A stretch of 64,000 bases of DNA. Origin: Octopus sinensis (lineage: Eukaryota). The notes under the pieces were generated by a model, which saw only the letters and a list, made by a program, of their open reading frames with translations, was not told where the DNA came from and did no database searches. The stretch covers positions 310,001 to 374,000 of the forward strand of contig NC_043019.1 in the NCBI RefSeq assembly GCF_006345805.1. The letters run 5' to 3'. Made by a program: the position numbers and the translations under genes. Every line of letters begins with the position of its first letter. Positions within the stretch are counted from its first letter, which is position 1. Below are positions 49,846 to 64,000 of the stretch, piece after piece.

Positions 49846-51951
49846 TAAATTTTTATATACTTCACATCATATATTTTATGTATATTTTGTATATCAAGAC
49901 CCCCCTCCTAGGGAAGGCTAAGGGAGTTATAGACCGACAGAAAATCCGGAGCTGGAGTCACTAAGGCGGCCTGACACAACACGTCATCACCGGCAACTCC
50001 TGCGACGCATCTGGTACCAAGCTGTATCGACCCGTCGTTCCCTTGGAGCCACCAGCTGCGGGGAGAGGGGGGATCAAGGCCATCCAATAAATGTGTAATT
50101 ATATATTTACTGTATATCTGCCTTTTTCTCATTAATTTTTATATATTGTATATTTTTATAGCTTGCTCATTATATAAAGTTTTATACACTTCACATCATA
50201 TATTTTATGTATATTTTGTATAACATACATACATACATGGTGGCTGCCCCCTCGTTATCGATTATGGCCATTGCACGAAGCTTAACTGTTATTGGTGCTC
50301 TGATCGAAAGTGACTTTTTAGCCCAGCTAAAGATCTACAATGCAGGATGAAAAACAAAACCCATCAAAGGGCGGAGGAACTCTTGAGAATCAACGGCCAT
50401 CCAATGAATGTGTAATTATATATCTACTGAATATCTGCCTTTTTCTCATTAATTTTTATATATTGCATATTTTTATAGCTTGCGCATTATATAAATTTTT
50501 ATATACTTCACATCATATATTTTATGTATATTTTGTATATCAAGACCCCCCTCCTGGGGAAGGCTAAGGGAGTTATAGACCGACAGAAAATCCGGAGCTG
50601 GAGTCACTAAGGCGGCCTGACACAACACGTCATCACCGGCAACACCTGCGACGCATCTGGTATCAAGCTGTATCGACCCGTCGTTCCCTTGGAGCCACCA
50701 GCTGCGTGGAGAGGAGGGGGATCAAACTGCATGGGCAACAGCTGATCCCTCATATAAATCTGCCCAGGCCTTGTAGCTCAACAGAAGAGGACTGGCGAAG
50801 GGAAGATATAAAATATTCTAAAGCTTTGTGTATACATGTTGGAAAGAAACTATTTGATGTGATGAAATATTCTTTAAACGTTTTCAAACATCTCAATATA
50901 TTCATATATGACAATGTATTAGATTTCCAATCATACGAAAAAAAAATTTTTCAAAGAAAAATTTATTGTGAAAGTCAGTTTATAAATTTATGTTAGTTTA
51001 ATATTTTTTCTTTGGTAATATCATAAATATAAAAATATAGGCATTTAAATTTATTATAAAGAATAAGAAATTTTAAGGAAAAAAAAAACAAACTCTGAAT
51101 CCGAAATATTTGCTGGTGAATATCGACAAAGAGAACAAATGATATATAAATAAAATGAAAAATACAATTTATTTATTTTATTTCATTTTATTTTATTTTA
51201 TTTTTCAAATTTATTTTTTCCTTTGTTCAACGTGTATCGGTGAGATTCCATGTGTAAAGTAAGATCTGATGCGGAAAGTAAGGAAATTCTTTTAATTCCG
51301 ATAACTTCAAAGTTATATTTTCAACCAGGAAAGATACAGTTGTAATAAGTATAAACAGAGAAACACTTAAGTATTTCTAGCAACTTTTCAGTACCTGATA
51401 CAGATACCAGCCAACTATATGCATTGACTATTCCATCTGTTTTGTGCCATGCGTAGTATTTTCTTAGCATTTCAAGTGATGGCAAAGGACTGGCGTCGTT
51501 CTTCTTTTAATTTTTATATCAACTTTATCGGTCAGATGGAAGGTAAATGCCCCTTGTCTTCTCAGGCGAAATTGATGCCGTTAATGTTCTCTTTGAAGGA
51601 AGCGAGATGGCTGAATCGTTAGCAAATCAGATAAAATGCTCCGCGGCATTTCTTCAGGCGTTATATTCTGAGTATAAACTCTGCTGAGGTCGATTTTGTC
51701 ATCTTTTAGGTGTTGATAAAATTTAATGTCATATATTGTGTTTGTAGACCGATTTCGCTTTCGCTATTCATGACATTAAAATTTATTTAAATACGTATTT
51801 TCTTAACAATTTTTTGGGAGTCCATGTTGTGTGTGAAATTTATGAGTGAATGATTCAACGAGTAGAAAACTAGGGGGAGGTAATTGGTTAACGCTATTAT
51901 TGTGGGCCGGGGAGATAACTGTTCAGATTTCTGTAGAGAGCGGGGAAATAT

Positions 51952-52013
<62 letters not shown>

Positions 52014-52089
52014 AAAATTCGAAAACTCGTTCAGTGGGGTTATATATGTACAGTAATGTAATCGTGAATGGAAATATGTAAATAGATCA

Positions 52090-52462
52090 AGCTGCTTAAG
52101 TGTGCATATTTAGACGCGTTCTGTATTTTTCAATAAAAAAGTTTGCACTGGTAGAAGGGAAAACTGTAAAATTTGGTTCGATTTTACCTGCACATTTCCC
52201 TGTGTGTTCACTTAAAGGAATTTGTATTGCAGGGACCGTATCTTCTCTTTATGTAAAGTGATTCTCCGTCTCAAAGACATACTCGTCTGTCCAATATAGT
52301 TTTATCCACAACCCGAGCAAGTTATTACATAAATCAAATTCTCAGAGACACAAGTGAAACTGGTTTTCATTGTGAACCTCGCTCCTAGTTTGGAAAGGAA
52401 ATACGAGCCTTCAAGTAGGTTGGGGCATGTTCCACAGTTTCGGCGTCCACATTTTTTAACCG
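52090..52462 (-). mobile_element. Penelope-like element GIY-YIG endonuclease fragment
   Basis: FTCVSENLIYVITCSGCG*NYIGQTSMSLRRRITLHK, with an in-frame stop. Confidence 0.85.
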
Positions 52463-52501
52463 TTGGTTTCGTGGTTGTAATGTAAAATTCCTCCCTTTCT
52501 G

Positions 52502-52618
<117 letters not shown>

Positions 52619-52850
52619 AAGGAGCATGGCTCAGTGATTAGAGCGCAGAGCTTACGATCGTGAGGTTGTGAGTTCGATTCTCGGACCTGGCCGCGTGTTG
52701 TGTTCTTAAGCAAGACACTTTATTTCACATTGCTCCAGTTAACTCAGCTGTAGAATTGAGTTGCGACATCACTGGTACCAAGCTGTATTGGCCTTTGCCT
52801 TTCCCTTGGATAACATCAGTGGTGTGGAGAGGGGAGGCTGCTATGACCGA
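52619..52850 (+). mobile_element. SINE family B variant
   Basis: tRNA-like head GGAGCATGGCTCAGTGATTAGAGC, B-box GAGTTCGATTC. Confidence 0.75.
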
Positions 52851-54489
52851 AGTGGTCTCCTCCTCCTCCATATATATATATATATATATATAATATATAT
52901 ATGTGTGTGTGTGTGTGTGTGGTTTGTGTGTGTGTGTGTGTGTCCTTATAGCCCCTAGATGCTGTCAACTTATGGATTTGTACCAAAAGAAATCATCTAA
53001 ATGCATTGAACAAGAGCTAATATATAGATGTTGATGTTTGTTGCTTGATCCCAATTTGGAGCTGATTGGAGTGAGAAGATATATCGTCAGCGTCCTTACA
53101 ACCGTAACCGTTGCTTCTTATTTTTAGATATAGCGTATAGGGGACTAATTCATCTAATGCTGTGGTTCTCAACCATTGTTTACCCTTCAACTCCTATTTT
53201 ACACAGGTGGACTGTCATAGGCATTTAATGTTTGAAAACAAATCTCATTATACTTTTATAATTAGATATTACTTGGGATTGTATTAAAAATGTCAAGATA
53301 TTTAATGTATTGTAGAACCAATTTATTGCACATAATTTTAACAGCAAGAGTAATGTAGATACCGGTTGTAAAACTGATCTAATCTGTCGTTTCTTAGTTT
53401 TAAGTCGGTAGGGTGAGATTTGAAAATGATTTAATGGTTGCTAAATCCAAAACTTCAAATGATGCAGTAGGCTCCAGAGAGGGGCTTAGCCGATAGATGA
53501 ATTAAATTTATTTGTGAGCTCTCATCTAATTAGAAGCATATTTACAAATCAATTAAGAATAATCAGTATTAAAACTTTATCGAAATGATCTAGATCAACA
53601 AGGTGGAGTTAAATAGCAAAGTTAGTGCTGCGATAATGAATCTAAGTGTCACTGATCGACAATCAAATATCATTGTCCTTCCGGGAGTATTTGAAATACC
53701 TATAAAAATTGTATAGGAATGCAACTTGGCCTTAAACCATCAAGTAGTATATAATTAGTTGAAACATCTCGTATGTCATTAATAATAAAGGTTTCAAGGA
53801 TAAAGTTAGAGTTTCAAACAGTTAATTAAAATAGTAATTTGTACTGGAGAAATAAGTTCAACGTAACCGAGGGTTAAGAATTTTGCTTCGCAAACAAAGA
53901 CTTGCGCGATCGAACTAGCTGCATGGCATTTTAGGAAAATATTTTCTATGTAACCTCGATTGGATCGATACCTTGTAAGTATACTTCTACACTGCAGTAT
54001 CTATCTATCTCCCTTTTCTTTTTTTTCCCTCTCCCCCTTTTTTTAAAAAATCCTCCCCTTTTTTGTCCCCTTTCTTTCCTTTTACGATCCCTTTTGATCG
54101 AAAACCACCCCCCTTTTTTTACCCCCAAAAGAAAAGCTCTACCTTGTAATTTGTTCTGTCTGTGTGCAGCCCTGTGTGGCTAATAAAGAAACATATCTAT
54201 CTATCTATCTATCTATTATATATATATTAGAGGCAAACCACGATGTGGACACCCATATGCTAGAAATAGATCCGCTACGGTCTCACCACCAAGAATGTTT
54301 AAATTATTCTTGAGAACAATTCTTTGTGGTGAGACCGTAGCGGATCTATTTCTAGCATATGGGTGTCCACATCGTGGTTTCCCTCTAATATATATATATA
54401 ATACAGTTTTACTGAACCTTCAGTTTTTTATGCTAGACCACTGGTGTGAAATCGATGTCAATTAAATTAATATCTAATTTCTCACCCTT

Positions 54490-54497
54490 ATTTTAAA

Positions 54498-54584
<87 letters not shown>

Positions 54585-54585
54585 A

Positions 54586-54624
<39 letters not shown>

Positions 54625-54631
54625 ATGTCTG

Positions 54632-54700
<69 letters not shown>
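54490..54700. repeat. (TATC)n microsatellite
   Basis: Seen directly; others at 38375-38440, 46890-46965, 47330-47427, 47710-47800. Confidence 0.95.
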
Positions 54701-54940
54701 AAGAGAAAATGAGGTGAACGACATTCTTTATTTCATGCCATTACAATTGTTTCCACACATCGTTACACATGCACTACACTGGTGTGATGATATAATTAGA
54801 ATACTGCGTAATCGCTATCATCCATCACAAGTTTAGTGCGTTACTTCTGGTGATTATTTTAAATAAGTCCTTCCTCAGACCCCAGATCATACTGCTATTT
54901 TACTCTGTATGAGAATGGATAAAAAAAAGTGAATGTGCAT

Positions 54941-55031
<91 letters not shown>

Positions 55032-55123
55032 TTCTACATTGCATATGATTTCGGCTTGAATTCAACATAATATTGATATGATACCAAAACTAGTAAGAAT
55101 GCATGCAAGAGGGGTATGTGTTC

Positions 55124-55159
<36 letters not shown>

Positions 55160-56529
55160 ATATATATATATTATATAGATATATATATATTGGGAGTATA
55201 TCCAAACTTACAGGGAAAAATTAGATATAGGATTAAATCATATTTCACAGTATAAATATAAATTAAATTAGAGATAAAACCACTATTAGGCAACTCAAAT
55301 AGTGAAAGACATAAACCAAAACATAAAAAACAAAATATTATAATTAATATAATATACAAAATATATATAAAATATAAAATTAAAATTTAAATTATTGAAA
55401 TTTGAAATCAAAAATTTTTAAATTAAAATTTTTAAAACTGTTTGAGTTGCCTAATAGTGGTCTTATTCTAATTTAATATATATATATATATTAAATATAT
55501 ATATATATATATATATATAGATATATATATATATTATATATTATATATGTATATGTGTGGTGTGTGTGTGTATACACTATCTTGTATGTGGGTATATGAA
55601 ACAAGATATATGCATGCGGTGGGCCTATTAACTTATTTTTCTAAATGTTTCAGAAAAGAATATGAAAACTACATAGTCATAAATTGGCATTGTATAGAGG
55701 CAGATTTTGGTATGTCCTGGAACCAAATATTTTGTTATAACGGGGAGAGGGTGCTTTAGCTCCCTTTCCAATAAGCAGTGGATAACAACGGAAATGGACA
55801 GTCTTTATCATGTTATAACATCGTTATCCCTAAATTCTTAATTACATTCTTTTCCTTCCGAATGATTTGACCATGAAGATAGAATTCTAATTTTGTAGTT
55901 AACTTGATATGGAAGAATTATATAACTCAATGCTTTGGGTACCCATTCCTCTACAGAGTGAAATGACAGTCTGATCTAATGAAGAACGTATTCAAAAGAA
56001 TTACCCGAAGAAACCCACGGTGCCACGCAATGGGTATGAAACCGGAACCATTTGTTTGGGAAACAAGCTTCTTACCACACTGCCCTGTATGTCTATATAT
56101 ATCTGCTTGTGAGCATCATTATGTATGTGGTTATGTTTAACAGAGTTCAAGAAATATTGTGCCAAATGCTTAACTTATTCACTAAATAAAATGTAGATTA
56201 ATAAGAACCAGTTTCATACTGTACAGAATAACGGAATCGATATCAGAAACTAAAAAGCCTTTGAAGGCGATACCGACCCTGAATAGTTGCAGTCCAGTGA
56301 CTAGAAATCATAGAAGAATAATTGATTTAAAAGAATTCGTTCAGAGAATTTGTAAAGTTTATCATATAAGTGTTTCAGACAATGCTACTGCAAACTTAGA
56401 TTAGAATTATTTTCCTTCCGGTGATTTGGTCAACTCAAAGCTAATATTTAATTAGAAGGTCGCCGAGGTTATCTGCCATTTATTATAATATAATTGTGCA
56501 ATGACATAATAGAATTTCCACATAGCGAC

Positions 56530-56563
56530 TTAGATAATAATGATAATAATAATAATAATAATG

Positions 56564-56599
<36 letters not shown>

Positions 56600-56628
56600 G
56601 TAATAATAATAACAATAATAATAAGGAC

Positions 56629-56685
<57 letters not shown>

Positions 56686-56755
56686 GATAATAATAAGGAC
56701 AATAGTAGTAGTAGTAGTAGTAATAATAGTAAAAATAATAATAACAACAACGATG

Positions 56756-56804
<49 letters not shown>

Positions 56805-56830
56805 CAATGATAATAATAATAATAATAACA
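56530..56830. repeat. (TAA)n compound microsatellite
   Basis: Seen directly; others at 48480-48660, 60410-60610, 60980-61155. Confidence 0.95.
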
Positions 56831-57081
56831 TTGATAGTTATAATATGACTAATATTAGTATGGCCTTTAGTATGTTCAATTGAAATCGTTTGAATATTGT
56901 ACAAATGCAAATGTTAGCACATTTAAACAATACAATTCAATATAAATTATGTATAAGTTGCTTTAAACTAAATAGACATCTTTAGCTTTAACTTGCTAAA
57001 GGAGTGCGCATGGTTATGCGATTTAGAAGTCCGTTTCGAAACCGTGTGTTTCTCGAATTGATACCATAGTATATCACTGTC

Positions 57082-57320
57082 GGTTAAAAAATGTGGACGC
57101 CGAAACTGTGGAACATTCACCAACCTACTTGAAGGCTCGTATTACCTTTCTAAACAAAGAGCGAGGTTCACAATTAAAACCAGTTTCACCTGTGTCTGTG
57201 AGAACTTAATTTATGTAATAACTTGCTCGGGTTGTAGACAACACTATATTGGACAGACAAGTATGTCTTTGAGACGGAGAATCCCTGTACATAAAGAGCA
57301 GATCCCGTTCCTGCAATACA
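57082..57320 (+). mobile_element. Penelope-like GIY-YIG fragment, second copy
   Basis: FTCVCENLIYVITCSGCRQHYIGQTSMSLRRRIPVHKEQI; flanked by a 26-bp direct repeat. Confidence 0.85.
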
Positions 57321-57420
57321 AATTGATATCATAGTATATCACTGTCTTTTATAATAATTTCGTAATGAACAATGTACCGAGCTAGATGAAAACCTGAAGA
57401 CGTTCATTTTATGTATATAT

Positions 57421-57473
<53 letters not shown>

Positions 57474-57725
57474 TGTGCCTGTATCAATGCGTTAAATCAT
57501 GAATCTCAATACATTTCTGTGTCTCTCAGTTCTTACATTATCTCTTCCATTTTTTCCCTTTCACTCTTTTTTGTCGAAGAAAGTAGGCTTGAAATGTCAA
57601 GGATTTTTCCATGCTCCCTGAGCGTCAAACTAATACACATACTTGTTGCTCCCTCGCCTGTCTTTGTCCTTTGTTTCTGTACATTTAAACTACACACACA
57701 CACACACACACACATACACACACAC

Positions 57726-57757
<32 letters not shown>

Positions 57758-58529
57758 AAGTATATTAAGTATATGATCTAAGTCATAGAACGAAGTTCGA
57801 CAAATTCGATCATATTTTCATAAATGGAGGAGATTAGATGTTAATATGATATAACGATCGTTTCGTACTGAAAGACAATAAACTCATCTTAAGAATCTTG
57901 AGTTGTCAAAGAGTACTCATCAGTAGCACAATAAAAAGAAAGCTTAAATAAAACGGAAGACTTTAGAATTACATGAGTATTGTGTTCTTACGAAATTTTT
58001 CTTTAAAATAATTGTTCTAGGAGTCATGTCTATTTAAAACGCGACTAACGGGTAACGGTTAAGTGATGATATATAATATAGAAACATAGTAGTTGAGGTT
58101 CTCTCGATAGATTAGTGTGAATAAGCTAGTTAAAATCTACATACAGGAGGAAATAAGCATTTGGTGTTGAAATACCAGATAAAGAAGTACGAAATTTTTA
58201 AATACAGGATAATGAAATATATATATATTTGATCGTTTATAATCAATACGGCTTTTTTATAAATTTAAAAAGTGTTTATGGTCCTCATCAATGGTTAGTG
58301 GTGTATAAACTTTGTAATAGTAATTTTGAGTAATAAAAAGGTCAGGAAATTAAGAGGTAATTTACGGACGGTTGATACGATCATATAAGACGGTTAATAC
58401 GACCTTATACGAAAAAAAAAAATTATAAGGATAATAAATAAATATATGAAGATTCGGAGGTATTTTTGTTTACAATATCCGCTGTTGAAATTTAAAAACA
58501 ACTATGGAATGGTACATAAAAAATATATA

Positions 58530-58925
58530 TAGGCGTAGGAGTGGCTGTGTGGTAAGTATTACGAACCACATGGTTCCGGGTTCAGTCCCACTGCGTGGCA
58601 CCTTGGGCAAGTGTCTTCTACTATAGCGTCGGGCCGACCAAAGCCTTGTGAGTGGATTTGGTAGACGCAAACTGAAAGAAGCCCGTCGTATATATGTATA
58701 TATTTATGTGTGTGTGTGTGTGTGTGTGAGTTTGTGTGTCTGTGTTTGTCCGCCCAACGTCACTTGACAACCGATGCTGGTGTGTTTACGTACCCGTAAC
58801 TTAGTGGTTTGGCAAAAGAGGCTTACAGAAAATAAGTTCCGGGGTGGATTTGCTCGACTAAAGGCGGTGCTCCAGCATGGCCACAGTCAAATGACTGAAA
58901 CAAGTAAATGAGTATAAAAGAGTAT
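58530..58925 (+). mobile_element. SINE family C, full length
   Basis: Head, core, internal (TG)n and tail all present. Confidence 0.85.
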
Positions 58926-59294
58926 GGAAACGACTAGAGAGTAATTTTGGAGAAAGTAAATATCAAATATTGCCTAGTGTAGGGGAAATAATAAGTAAAA
59001 AAAAATAGAAGATAAATATGGGGAAAATGGTCTAGTTTATATCTGCTAGGAGTTTGGAAAAAATTAAAAATATTGGCACATCGGTATATATGGATATGGT
59101 TATTCCAAAAGAATTTTACTTGTGTCATATATAGTGATACACATAAAGGTTTTTGCATGTAGATAATGGTACAACTAAATAATCAAATATAAAATAAAAA
59201 CCCAGTTTCTGTGTAAGTAAAACAACGATTATGTACATATGTTTGCGTATGTACAGATATACAATGTATACACTGACCTCGAAACATACGATAA

Positions 59295-59329
<35 letters not shown>

Positions 59330-59404
59330 TCTATAGACAACAGCAACAAAGAAACAGTCTTATGCACTGAACGCCTGTACCCATGTAACTCTTATGTACA
59401 TAAA

Positions 59405-59715
59405 TGGCTGTGTGGTAAGTAGCTTGCTTACCAACTACATGGTTCCGGGTTGAGTCCCACTGCGTGGCACCTTGGGCAAGTGTCTTCTACTATAGCCTCG
59501 GGCCGACCAAAAACTTGTGAGTGGATTTGGTAGACGGAAACTGAAAGAAGCTCGTCGTATATATGTATGCATGTGTGTGTATGTTTGTGTGTATGTGTTT
59601 GTCCCCCCAACATCGCTTGACAACCGATGCTGGTGGGTTTACGTCCCCGTAACTTAGCGGTTCGGTAAAAGAGACCGATAGAACAAGTACTAGGCTTACA
59701 AAGAATAAGTCCTGG
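59405..59715 (+). mobile_element. SINE family C, 3'-truncated
   Basis: Matches the 58530 copy up to GAATAAGTCCTGG. Confidence 0.82.
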
Positions 59716-60415
59716 CGTCTCACAATTATAATCACAATTATATAAATGTCTCAAAATTATACCAAAAATGTTTTATTATAGAAAGTAATTAACAAACGTA
59801 AAATGCATCCGATTTAGAGCGATATCATACACACTTATAAGTATAATTATTGCAAAATTATAGGTCGATAAGCAATAAGGCAAACATTGAAAAGGTGGAC
59901 TAAAGTTTTGTACAGACGAATTATATGTAACTTATAAGTATATTAACTTACTACACCTAAAACCAAAATAAAGTGTTATGTTATGATATAATATAAATTT
60001 TTAAAAAAGCCTAAATAAAACGGCGAAATCCTTTGTAAAATGTTTGAAATTTTAATAAGCATTCATTGAAAATTGGATAAAGAGAAGAAAACATGAAAAT
60101 ACTTTCATTTTAATAAACCATTATTTGTTATAATACGGACTATTCCTTGTGGATATATTTAATGATTTTGAAAGCCTGCTTCAATTAATCTCCTGATTCA
60201 CACGAAGAAACCTATGCAATAAAAATATAACCACACACACATCATAAGGTAAATTTTGTTTGATATTTATTACCTTCAGCGTAAATAGTACTTTGTATAT
60301 CAATCTCTTTATTCTGAAACTAAATTGACTTTCATCCATTTTTAAGATGGTGGCAGTGTGTGCGAAATTTCAAGGATATACTGTCGTTTATTTTAACACA
60401 TCACCTATTATTATC

Positions 60416-60456
<41 letters not shown>

Positions 60457-60481
60457 AATTATTATTATTATTATTATTGTC

Positions 60482-60529
<48 letters not shown>

Positions 60530-60608
60530 GTTGTTGTTGTTGTTGTTGTTGTCGTTGTCGTCGTCGTCATTATCATCATCATCATCATCATTGTTATTAT
60601 TATTATCA

Positions 60609-60973
60609 TTACCTCCGCCTTAGCGGAGGTATTGTTTTCAGTCGTGTTTGTTTGTTTCTTTGTTTGGCCGTGGTCAAGATATCTCAAGAACGGCTGGATG
60701 GATTCGGATGAAACTTTCAGGGATGTTTGGCCTCATGACCGGCGCGAACCGATTTGATTTGTGGAAAGATCCGTCGCCGGACAAGGATTCTGAATTATTT
60801 TTCCTGTTTATTTACTTAATTTTTGCGAGCGGTCAGGTTCATTTTTAGTATTCTCGTTTGTGAGAGCAGTCGAGTTTATTTCAGATATTCTTGTTTTAAA
60901 AACCATCTCTGGTTAATCGATGCGAGGACGTTGGTGTTGCCTTGGCGAAGGTTTGCGCTCTCTGAATGCTCTT
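60609..60973 (+). mobile_element. Helentron/DINE-1-like non-autonomous element
   Basis: TT|ACCTCCGCC..GCGGAGGT subterminal hairpin, (GTTT)n, and a 3' GGCGAAGGT inverted partner; inserted in a (TTA)n tract. Confidence 0.6.
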
Positions 60974-60975
60974 GA

Positions 60976-61027
<52 letters not shown>

Positions 61028-61097
61028 GTTGTTGTTGTTGTTGTTGTCTTTGTTGTTGTTGTTGTTATTATTATTATTATTATTATCATTATTGTTA

Positions 61098-61153
<56 letters not shown>

Positions 61154-61283
61154 GCAATGTCTATATCTAAATTTTCTGAAAACTTAAAAAATTTCAGCAG
61201 TAGATTTAGTCCGTCACTCCAAAACATAGAATCCAATTTGCTATGCTATAAAGAACCATCTAGACAGGGAAAAGAGGAACAAA

Positions 61284-61341
<58 letters not shown>

Positions 61342-61826
61342 ATACAGGAACATATATTTAGAGACATTGTTCGGAAACCTTTTATATATATGTGGGCAGC
61401 ATCCCTTATTCCGTAATAATTCGCCCACCAGGTGTACTTTTGAACTTTCACATGCTGAACCACGTGATCTCCCTTATCGATTACAAAATCGACTACTTAA
61501 ATACGCTGCATACACAGTTTCTTTCATTTGTAGTTTTCCGACCCAGTGAGTGTTAAATTTTCTCACTTTCTGAAGTAGGAATGTGTCAATAACAACAGAG
61601 AACACTTATTCGTGACTGTATGAAACACCTTGGACTATGTAAATTATTTGTAATATTAAATTGAAGGATTACCTCAGAGATTTTTAGTAGAGTACACATT
61701 AATTAACGTTTATGAAGTCGAAGGCGAGCAAATCGGAACTTCGTAGTTACTTTGAATGTTCACCTGGTAAATGTTAACACCCTCCACAAATACGCACACA
61801 GACACATATACACATGTGTGTGTATA

Positions 61827-61864
<38 letters not shown>

Positions 61865-62349
61865 ATAAAGGATATATATATATGTATGTATATATATATA
61901 TATAATATAAATTAGAGATAAAACCACTGTTATGTAATTCAAACAATGATAGACATAAACCAAAACATAAATAACAAATAAAAATATCTTTATAAAACAT
62001 ATAACTAAATCACAAAAAGTATAAAAATGAATAAGCAATATATAATTAAAAAAATCTATGTATGTTTCATGACTACAATTAAATTCGAATTACAACTCAA
62101 TTTAAATTTAATTGAAATGAATTCAATTTAAAATTATAGTCAATCTTCAGGTTAACAATAATGGTTAAATAAATAAGCAAATAGAGTTAAACAATATTTA
62201 TTTAAAAATTAAATGAAATAATTTTTCTTATAGAAAAAACTCCATTAACTGAATTTGAAACTTAAAACATTAGGATCAGTTTCTTACAACACATTTATTA
62301 TTTAATATTTAAGGTAAAAAATGTATTTATATTGTATAAAGAATATATA

Positions 62350-62935
62350 TATATGTTGTATAAAGGATCGTGGGTAAGATCAGAACAATGCGAAGTAAAT
62401 GCAATGCAAATCACAAGAAAACAAATATATGAATTAATGTAGACTTACTCTGCATTCAGAGAGGACGTATGTTGTATATGAGATCATCTGTCGCAAATGT
62501 GGCACATCCTGCAGAGGATACAAGACATGAAAACTGCATATACGCATAAAGGAATACATGAAGGCAGACAATTTCCATGAAGAAAGATCTACGGAAATGC
62601 CAGACCCGGGAACTCACACTGCATATCAGAGCAACACAGCAGAACAAGGGAAAGCTTAGAATCTCTGAGGCCATCCTCACACACACCAAAGAAAACCAAA
62701 TATCAACAACAGAAGAGAGTTACAGGAAGCTAGCTGGTTGCTATAGCAACACTTTTCCGCGCATGCCTGCTCCACACACGCTCTCACACACGCATATTGG
62801 CAACATTCGTTAATTTCTTGAAATTAACCCCAAATATTGAATGCAATAATTTATATGTTTGCTTTCTTCTGATTTGCCTTGCATTTACCTAGCATTGTTC
62901 TGCCCTTAACCACGATCCTTTAAACAATATATTCT
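62350..62935 (+). mobile_element. Degenerate Penelope-like fragment with inverted ~75-bp ends
   Basis: VVYEIICRKCG...LHIRIKEY (GIY-YIG-like); 62362-62435 is inverted at 62850-62925. Confidence 0.6.
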
Positions 62936-62953
62936 ACACAATGCTTTATACTA

Positions 62954-63056
<103 letters not shown>

Positions 63057-63529
63057 ATATAATATATATATATATACACACATACGAGTAAATTCAATCG
63101 CCACATCAAAGTGGCTGTTCCCTGTTACAACTAATTTAACCAAGGCAAATCTTCTGCCAGTTCGTTATCGGTGCGACGCTGCACCTTTTATATACAATAT
63201 ACGAGAACCAGCTGGCAAAAGATCTGCCTAGGGTTAAACTAGTAGTAAAAATGGAACAGCTACTTTGATGTGGCGATTGACTTTACTTGTTAGTGTAGTT
63301 ACTACTCTGATCTCTTGTTGAGATTTTACAACTAGCTATGTGTATGTGTGTGTGTGTGCACGTGTGTGTACGTGTGTGTATGCGCGTGTATATGTTTGTG
63401 TGTGCTTGCGTATGTGCGTGTGTGTATGTTATCCCAATAAAAATATCTATATTTTCCGCAAGTATTATATATATATGTATATATATATATATATATAATA
63501 CACACACACATACACGCACACACACGTAC

Positions 63530-63572
<43 letters not shown>

Positions 63573-63591
63573 TTATATATATATATATATA

Positions 63592-63641
<50 letters not shown>

Positions 63642-63679
63642 CACACACACACACACCACACACACACACACACACACAC

Positions 63680-63715
<36 letters not shown>

Positions 63716-64000
63716 CACACCGTCTGCAGACACGTCTACGCGGTATCGATACACTTTGTTGTGCAACTCGCCAACCGTTTCTTTTGCAAAGGAACCTTCA
63801 ACGTACTCCACCAAATAATATTACCACTTTACACAGACTAATACCGAATGGAATTTGAAGATAGTTGAATAAGTTTAAAAGAAAATCTTTTAAATTTATT
63901 CAGTAGAGGGAAATGCAAATTTGTTCGTCCAAGCAGTGGCCCATGAACAATGTCTTTGAACACATTGCGGTGTTATTTCCATGTGGAATAAAACTTGGTT

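Noticed and set aside
62060-62160. Minus-strand CTGAAGA...GAAAC hammerhead-like motif
   Set aside because: Stem II pairs, but there is no stem I partner or cleavage triplet; a decayed remnant.

Overview
AT-rich, microsatellite- and retroposon-dense animal genomic DNA with one 100-N scaffold gap (40313-40412). The repeat repertoire (tRNA-headed SINEs, Penelope-like remnants, (TA)n/(TATC)n/(TAA)n tracts) suggests an octopus or other coleoid cephalopod; this is an inference. Almost every long ORF in the supplied track is a repeat artefact. The main coding content is a spliced minus-strand gene that I assembled by hand from 7 exons (37868 to 16328, 256 aa, all GT-AG, phases compatible). It encodes the N-terminal part of a very divergent M1 aminopeptidase whose intron positions resemble those of puromycin-sensitive aminopeptidase (NPEPPS). 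It has lost the TQFE-type motif, and the GAMEN/HEXXH exon is not clearly present in the window. The first 15 kb is a tandem segmental duplication, probably SINE-mediated. Each copy holds a satellite built from the 3' ~184 bp of a SINE (27 versus 10 units), and the same tandem junction recurs at dispersed SINE loci. Also present: an apparently intact type I hammerhead ribozyme (28201-28299), variant minimal hammerheads, a TTAGGG-carrying MITE family with 8-bp TSDs (one copy has captured nearby DNA), Helitron-, Helentron- and mariner-type elements, R4/Dong, RTE and GIY-YIG fragments, and several long hairpins.
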